Assembly: GCA_963832145.1 (NCBI GenBank)
Contig: CAWHTA010000011.1
Location: forward strand, 281,451-345,450
From: an uncultured Acidobacteriota bacterium
GTDB taxonomy: Bacteria > Acidobacteriota > Thermoanaerobaculia > UBA5066 > Gp7-AA6
Reading direction: 5' to 3'
DNA: 64,000 bases
Part shown: piece after piece, positions 58,833-64,000 of the stretch
How positions within the stretch are numbered: position 1 is the first letter of the stretch
Layout: every line of letters starts with the position of its first letter
Position numbers and translations under genes: made by a program
Notes under the pieces: generated by a model
Databases searched by the model: none
The model's input: the letters and a program-made list of their open reading frames with translations, nothing else
Told to the model about the DNA's origin: nothing

Positions 58833-61468
58833 CGATCGCCGCCGGATCGAAGCTCGGCCCGTATGAGATTCTCGCGCCGATCGGCGCGGGGGGCATGGGT
58901 GAGGTCTACCGGGCGAAAGACACCCGGCTCGAGCGGACTGTCGCGATCAAGGTTCTCCCCGACCACCTGTCCTCTCCCGAGGCGCGCCAGCGTTTCGAGC
59001 GCGAAGCAAAGATGATCTCGCAGCTCTCGCACCCTCACATCTGTGCGCTCTACGACGTCGGACACCAGGAGGGCGTCGAGTACCTCGTCATGGAGTTCCT
59101 CGAAGGCGAGACGCTCGCGGATCGAGTCGGCCGCGGCTCTCTGCCCATCGAGCAAGCGGTCAAGTACGGGATCCAGATCGCCGAGGCACTCGACCGCGCG
59201 CATCGCGCCGGCGTCGTCCACCGCGACCTCAAACCGGCCAACGTGATGTTGACGAGGGGGGGAGTGAAGCTCCTCGACTTCGGGCTCGCGAAGCTATCGG
59301 AACCGCCGGCGGGCGTCGTTTCCGGGCTCTCGATGCTCCCGACGACTCCGCGCGGCTCCAACCTCACCGTCGCCGGAACGATCCTCGGAACGTTCCAGTA
59401 CATGGCGCCCGAACAGCTCGAAGGAAAAGAAGCCGACGCGCGCACCGACATTTTCGCGTTCGGGTCGGTCCTCTACGAGATGGTCACGGGACGAAAGGCC
59501 TTCGCCGGGACGAGCCAGGCGTCCCTGATTGCGTCCATCCTCGAGAAACAGCCGGAGGCGATCAACTCGATTCAGCCGCTCGCGCCGGCTGCGCTCGACC
59601 ACGTGGTCCGCAAATGCCTGGCGAAGGAACCGGACGAGCGATGGCAGTCCGCTGCCGACGTCGCGAGCGAGCTGCGCTGGGCCTCGGAGACGAGCGCCGC
59701 GGCGATTCCGCAGACGCGACCCGTCGCAAAATCCCCCCGGGCGTCGACGCTGCGCCGTCTCCTTGCCGGCTCCGCGCTCTTGATTCTGGGGCTCGCCGCG
59801 GGACTCACGCTATCGAAGGTGCGCCGACTCCCGCCGGCCCAGCGCTCCGTCTTCACGATCCTGCCGCCCGAAAAGGCGGAGCTCGGGAACTGGACGGCGA
59901 TATCGCCGGACGGGAGATCGGTTGCATTCCCGGCCTCGATCAACGGCACGACCACGATCTGGGTCCGCTCGCTCGACTCATCGTCGGCCCGCTCCGTGGC
60001 GGGTACCGAGGGTGCCGTTTTTCCGTTCTGGTCTCCGGACGGGCGCACGCTCGGCTTCTTCGCGGGCGACAAGTTGAAACGGATCGACATCGCAGGCGGG
60101 CCCGCAACGGTCCTGTGTGACGCGCCGGCGGCCCGCGGAGGCTCGTGGAGCCGGGAGGGGACGATCATCTTTTCCGGTCAGTCGTCCGCCGGGATATCTC
60201 AGATCTCGACGTCCGGCGGCTCGCCGAAACCGGCCACGACAGTCGACAAGTCCCTGGACGAGGTCACCCACCGCTGGCCAGAATTCCTGCCCGACGGCCG
60301 GCGCTTCGTTTACTACGCGTACGCCTCGACGCGCGGCCAGATCGGTATCTATCTCGGAGAGCTGGGCTCGACTCGGAAGGATCGGATTCTCGCGGGCGGG
60401 CGCCGCGCCACCGCGGCACCCGGACGTCTTTTCTTCGCTCGAGAGGGCACTCTGTTCGCCCAGAAGTTCGACGACGAGGAACTCCAGACGACAGGGGATC
60501 CGGTCCCGATCGCGGAGCGCGTCTGGTTCAGCAACGAGTATTTCGGCCACTCTTCGATTTCGGCGTCGCGGAACGGGACCGTCGCGTTTCGCGAAGGGAA
60601 CCCGGAAAAGCAGCTCACCTGGTTCGACCGGTCCGGACGACCTCTCGGCACCGTCGGGCCAGCCCGCCTCTGGGACGAGCCGGCGCTCTCCCCTGACGAG
60701 ACGCGCGTCTCCGTAGACGGAACGAGTCCCGAGACGAACCACGGCACGCTCTGGGCGATCGACCTCGCGCGCGGGACGATCTCCCCGCTCACCTCCGAAG
60801 AGACGGATGCGAACGACTCGGCCTGGTCCCCGGACGGGAAGAGCTTCGCGTACCGGGCGAACCGGGGCGGAGAAGGCGAAGTGCGAGTCCGGGACCTCGT
60901 GAGCGGTCGCGAAGTCGTGGTCATGCGCTCGAACGGTCTGCCCGGCCCCGTGGGCTGGTCCCCGGACGGAAAGTTCCTGATCTGCGCGCAACAAGGAGCG
61001 CCGGGGGTGCGCCTCTGGATCGTGCCGGTCGGAGGCGAAGGGAAACCGCGCCTGCTTCTCGACGAGTCAGTTATGCGCCAGATCCGGTTTTCTCCGGATG
61101 GCCGCTACTTCGCGTACGTCTCCGCTGAGTCCGGCCAGAACGAGGTCTACCTCCGCCGCTTTCCGCCCACCGCCGAGCGGTGGCAGATTTCCCATGGCGG
61201 AGGTGTCGAGCCGTACTGGCAACCCGATGGGAATGAGTTCTTCTACATCACCCCCGACCGGAAAGTAACATCGGTGTCGATCCGTACCAGCCCCACGATC
61301 GAGGTCGGCAAGGCGCAACCGCTCTTTGCCGCGCCGACGACCTACGGGAGGTTCACGAGATCGAGTTACGTGGTGACGCGCGACGGCGAGCGCTTTCTGT
61401 TTTCCGTCCCGGTCGACTCGGGACGGGCCACGATCACGATGATCCAGAACGTGGAGCTCCGGGACTGA
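58829..61468 (+). CDS. Ser/Thr protein kinase with TM segment and TolB-like beta-propeller, array member 2
   Basis: ATG at 58829 overlaps the member 1 stop (ATGA). Start [27 protein letters not shown]. Same architecture as member 1. Confidence 0.9.
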   Translation: MTIAAGSKLGPYEILAPIGAGGMGEVYRAKDTRLERTVAIKVLPDHLSSPEARQRFEREAKMISQLSHPHICALYDVGHQEGVEYLVMEFLEGETLADRVGRGSLPIEQAVKYGIQIAEALDRAHRAGVVHRDLKPANVMLTRGGVKLLDFGLAKLSEPPAGVVSGLSMLPTTPRGSNLTVAGTILGTFQYMAPEQLEGKEADARTDIFAFGSVLYEMVTGRKAFAGTSQASLIASILEKQPEAINSIQPLAPAALDHVVRKCLAKEPDERWQSAADVASELRWASETSAAAIPQTRPVAKSPRASTLRRLLAGSALLILGLAAGLTLSKVRRLPPAQRSVFTILPPEKAELGNWTAISPDGRSVAFPASINGTTTIWVRSLDSSSARSVAGTEGAVFPFWSPDGRTLGFFAGDKLKRIDIAGGPATVLCDAPAARGGSWSREGTIIFSGQSSAGISQISTSGGSPKPATTVDKSLDEVTHRWPEFLPDGRRFVYYAYASTRGQIGIYLGELGSTRKDRILAGGRRATAAPGRLFFAREGTLFAQKFDDEELQTTGDPVPIAERVWFSNEYFGHSSISASRNGTVAFREGNPEKQLTWFDRSGRPLGTVGPARLWDEPALSPDETRVSVDGTSPETNHGTLWAIDLARGTISPLTSEETDANDSAWSPDGKSFAYRANRGGEGEVRVRDLVSGREVVVMRSNGLPGPVGWSPDGKFLICAQQGAPGVRLWIVPVGGEGKPRLLLDESVMRQIRFSPDGRYFAYVSAESGQNEVYLRRFPPTAERWQISHGGGVEPYWQPDGNEFFYITPDRKVTSVSIRTSPTIEVGKAQPLFAAPTTYGRFTRSSYVVTRDGERFLFSVPVDSGRATITMIQNVELRD

Positions 61469-61472
61469 ACCC

Positions 61473-63899
61473 ATGATCGGCCAGACCGTCTCCCACTACC
61501 GGATCCTCGAGAAGCTCGGCGGCGGCGGCATGGGCGTCGTCTACAAGGCGGAGGACGTCAAGCTCGGGCGCCGCGTCGCGCTGAAATTCCTGCCCGACGA
61601 CGTCGGGGACGACGCGCAGGCGCTGGAACGGCTCCGGCGCGAAGCGCGCGCCGCCTCCGCGCTCGAGCACCCCAACATCTGCACGATCCACGACATCGAC
61701 GAGGACGCCGGTCGCCACTTCATCGTGATGGAGCTCGTCGAGGGCGAGACCCTGGGCGACCGGCTGGTGACGAAGCCGCTCTCCCTGGATCAGGTGCTCG
61801 ACCTCGGAATCCACATCGCCGATGCGCTCGACGCGGCGCACGGGCACGGCATCATCCACCGCGACATCAAGCCGGGGAACATCCTGATCACGAAGCGCGG
61901 CCAGGCGAAGCTGATGGACTTCGGTCTCGCCAAGCAGGCGGGACCCCCGGAGGCGGGCGGATCCACGATGGCGACGGCGATCGGGGAACAGCCGCTGACG
62001 AGCCCTGGGTCTGCGCTCGGCACCGTAGCCTACATGTCGCCGGAGCAGGCGCGGGGCGAAGAGCTGGACGCACGAACGGACCTCTTTTCGTTCGGGGCGG
62101 TGCTCTACGAGATGGCGACGGGGAAAAAGCCTTTCTCGGGCACGACGACCGCGGTGATCTTCGACGGGATCCTCAATCGCGCTCCCGTGTCCCCGGTACG
62201 GATCAACCCGGACCTGCCCGCGGAGCTCGAGCGGATCGTGAACACGGCGCTCGAGAAGGACCGCGAGCTGCGCTACCAGACGGCGGCGGAGCTGAGAGCG
62301 GATCTGAAGCGCCTCAAGCGCGACTCCGAGTCGGGGCGCGTCGCCGCGGCAACAGCGACCGTAGCCGGGCCGCCCGCGAGATCGCGGATTCCGCTCTGGA
62401 TTGGTGGCGCGATTGCGCTTCTCGCCATTGCCGGCGTCGCCTGGGTCCTGTCGACTCGCGGCAAGGCGACTTCCGCGGGCGGCAGGGCGGTTTCCCAGAT
62501 GTCGATCGCGGTCCTTCCGTTTCAGAACCTCGGCGCCGACAACAGCACGGATTTCCTGAAGCTCGCCCTCCCCGACGAGATCATCACGGCGCTCTCGTAC
62601 ATGCCGGCGCTGGCGATCCGGCCCTTTGCCGCGACGCGGAAGTACGACAGGTCCGACGTGGATCCGCAGACGGCCGGAAAGGAGCTCCGGGTCGACCGGG
62701 TCCTGACGGGTCACTACCGCAGCGATCACAGTCGCCTCCAGGTGACTCTCGAAGTGGTGGACACCGACGCAAACCAGGTCGTCTGGCGCGACACCCTTTC
62801 CGGTTCCGCCACCGACCTCATCGGCCTGCAGCAGCAGATCACCGCCCGCCTGAACCAGGGGCTGCTTCCGCTTCTCGGCGCGACGTCCGCGGTCGAAGGT
62901 TCGACGCGACCGCGAAGTCCGGAAGCGTACGACCTGTATCTGCGGAGCGCGGCCCTCTCCCAGGACGTGAAACCGAACGCGGACGCCCTCGCCATGCTCG
63001 AGCGTGCCGTCGGCCTCGACCCCACTTACGCACCCGCCTGGAACGCGCTCGCCGACCGTTACTACTACGACGCCCAGTACGGAGGCGGCGGAGTTCGGGG
63101 ATTCGAGCGTGCGCAGAAGGCGTTGGAGCGCGCGCTCTCGCTCGATCCGAATCTGACACTCGCGGTTGCCCGCCTGATTCTCCTGCGAGTCGAAGGAGGC
63201 GACCTGAACGGCGCCTGGGACGAAGCGAGCCGAATGGTGGGTCGGAGGCCGGGCGATGCCGACGCCCACTTCACTCTGGGTTACATCCTGCGCTACGGGG
63301 GGCTCCTGGAAGAATCCGCGCGGGAGTGCGAAACAGCGCTCTCGCTGGACCCGAAGAATCCGCGCTGGCGCTCCTGCGGCGTCACTTACGCATTGCTCGG
63401 AAACTACGCTCGGGCAAGAACCTTCCTGAACCTGGACGCTGGCTCCGAGTTCAGCGGTCGCCAGCTGACCTGGATACTGGTTCGGGAGGGAGAACTCGAA
63501 GGCGCGGCTCGAATCCGAGCAACCGAGCTCGGGCGCTCCGATACCTACGACAGGTGGTTGAGAGCCTGCCTCGATCGCCGGCCTCCATCGGCCGATGGTC
63601 CGCTCCCTGTCGATGCCCGGGAAGAGTTCGCAACTGGCCGGGACTCGGAGCCCCGATTCAATGTGGCGTCGAGGGTCGCGTTTTGCGGCGATCGTGAGTC
63701 GGCTCTGCATCTGCTCCGAAAGGCTGTCGAAGGGAACTACTGCAGCTATCCCGCGATGGACCGCGATCCCCTGTTCGATTCCATTCGGAAGACACCGGAG
63801 TTCGCCGAGATTCGCCGCGCCGCGATGGCCTGCCATCAACGGTTTCTCGCGCACCGCGCGTCGATGGGTGGTGCGCCCCCACCGGAGCCGAAGAAGTGA
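61473..63899 (+). CDS. Ser/Thr protein kinase with TM segment, TolB-N/CsgG-like module and TPR domain, array member 3
   Basis: 808 aa. [27 protein letters not shown]. Then [13 protein letters not shown].. and TPR repeats. Same architecture as the frameshifted kinase at 7088-9391. Confidence 0.9.
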   Translation: MIGQTVSHYRILEKLGGGGMGVVYKAEDVKLGRRVALKFLPDDVGDDAQALERLRREARAASALEHPNICTIHDIDEDAGRHFIVMELVEGETLGDRLVTKPLSLDQVLDLGIHIADALDAAHGHGIIHRDIKPGNILITKRGQAKLMDFGLAKQAGPPEAGGSTMATAIGEQPLTSPGSALGTVAYMSPEQARGEELDARTDLFSFGAVLYEMATGKKPFSGTTTAVIFDGILNRAPVSPVRINPDLPAELERIVNTALEKDRELRYQTAAELRADLKRLKRDSESGRVAAATATVAGPPARSRIPLWIGGAIALLAIAGVAWVLSTRGKATSAGGRAVSQMSIAVLPFQNLGADNSTDFLKLALPDEIITALSYMPALAIRPFAATRKYDRSDVDPQTAGKELRVDRVLTGHYRSDHSRLQVTLEVVDTDANQVVWRDTLSGSATDLIGLQQQITARLNQGLLPLLGATSAVEGSTRPRSPEAYDLYLRSAALSQDVKPNADALAMLERAVGLDPTYAPAWNALADRYYYDAQYGGGGVRGFERAQKALERALSLDPNLTLAVARLILLRVEGGDLNGAWDEASRMVGRRPGDADAHFTLGYILRYGGLLEESARECETALSLDPKNPRWRSCGVTYALLGNYARARTFLNLDAGSEFSGRQLTWILVREGELEGAARIRATELGRSDTYDRWLRACLDRRPPSADGPLPVDAREEFATGRDSEPRFNVASRVAFCGDRESALHLLRKAVEGNYCSYPAMDRDPLFDSIRKTPEFAEIRRAAMACHQRFLAHRASMGGAPPPEPKK

Positions 63900-64000
63900 T
63901 CGGCTCGACGGTCTCGCACTACCGGATCCTGGAGAAGCTGGGCGGCGGAGGCATGGGCGTCGTCTACAAGGCGGAGGACGTCAAGCTCGGGCGCCGCGTC
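63896..64000 (+). CDS. Ser/Thr protein kinase, array member 4 (5' fragment, runs off the window)
   Basis: GTG at 63896 overlaps the member 3 stop (GTGA). [35 protein letters not shown]. The last 52 nt are identical to 61526-61577. Confidence 0.85.
   Translation, partial: MIGSTVSHYRILEKLGGGGMGVVYKAEDVKLGRRV

Overview
GC-rich (about two-thirds G+C by eye) bacterial chromosomal segment, densely coded on both strands. I can support about 55 protein genes, 2 tRNAs (Pro-TGG, Arg-TCT) and one tmRNA. I found no rRNA, CRISPR array, transposase, integrase or phage genes. Most content is housekeeping: divIVA-like, hutI, polA, selB, ubiX/ubiA, panB/panC, thiG, cysteine/trans-sulfuration enzymes, rph, a cell-wall amidase, oligopeptidase B. 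The accessory-looking parts are: (1) an AT-richer islet (46.1-48.8 kb) with two paralogous small secreted proteins of no family I recognise, each behind a near-identical sigma-54-type promoter, divergent from a CsgG-like channel gene. (2) A translationally coupled cluster of three different ATP-dependent amide ligases plus an M29 aminopeptidase (34.2-38.6 kb). (3) A phosphorelay operon ending in a diguanylate cyclase and starting with an unusual Cys-rich zinc-finger-REC protein (40.0-45.4 kb). (4) A tandem array of at least 4 Ser/Thr kinases with beta-propeller or TPR sensor domains (56.2-64.0 kb), plus a fifth, frameshifted kinase next to selB. (5) A tandem pair of membrane-anchored paralogs with a degenerate VWA-like C-terminus (23.8-26.4 kb). 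Intergenic DNA carries at least three families of short palindromic REP-like repeats. About ten single-base frameshifts interrupt otherwise intact genes, including panC and thiG, mostly at short G/C runs. This looks more like assembly indel error than true decay. Family assignments rest on motif recognition by eye, with no searches run. Hand-indexed coordinates for RNAs, repeats and alternative starts may be off by 1-3 nt. The many long antisense ORFs in the track are GC-driven shadows.
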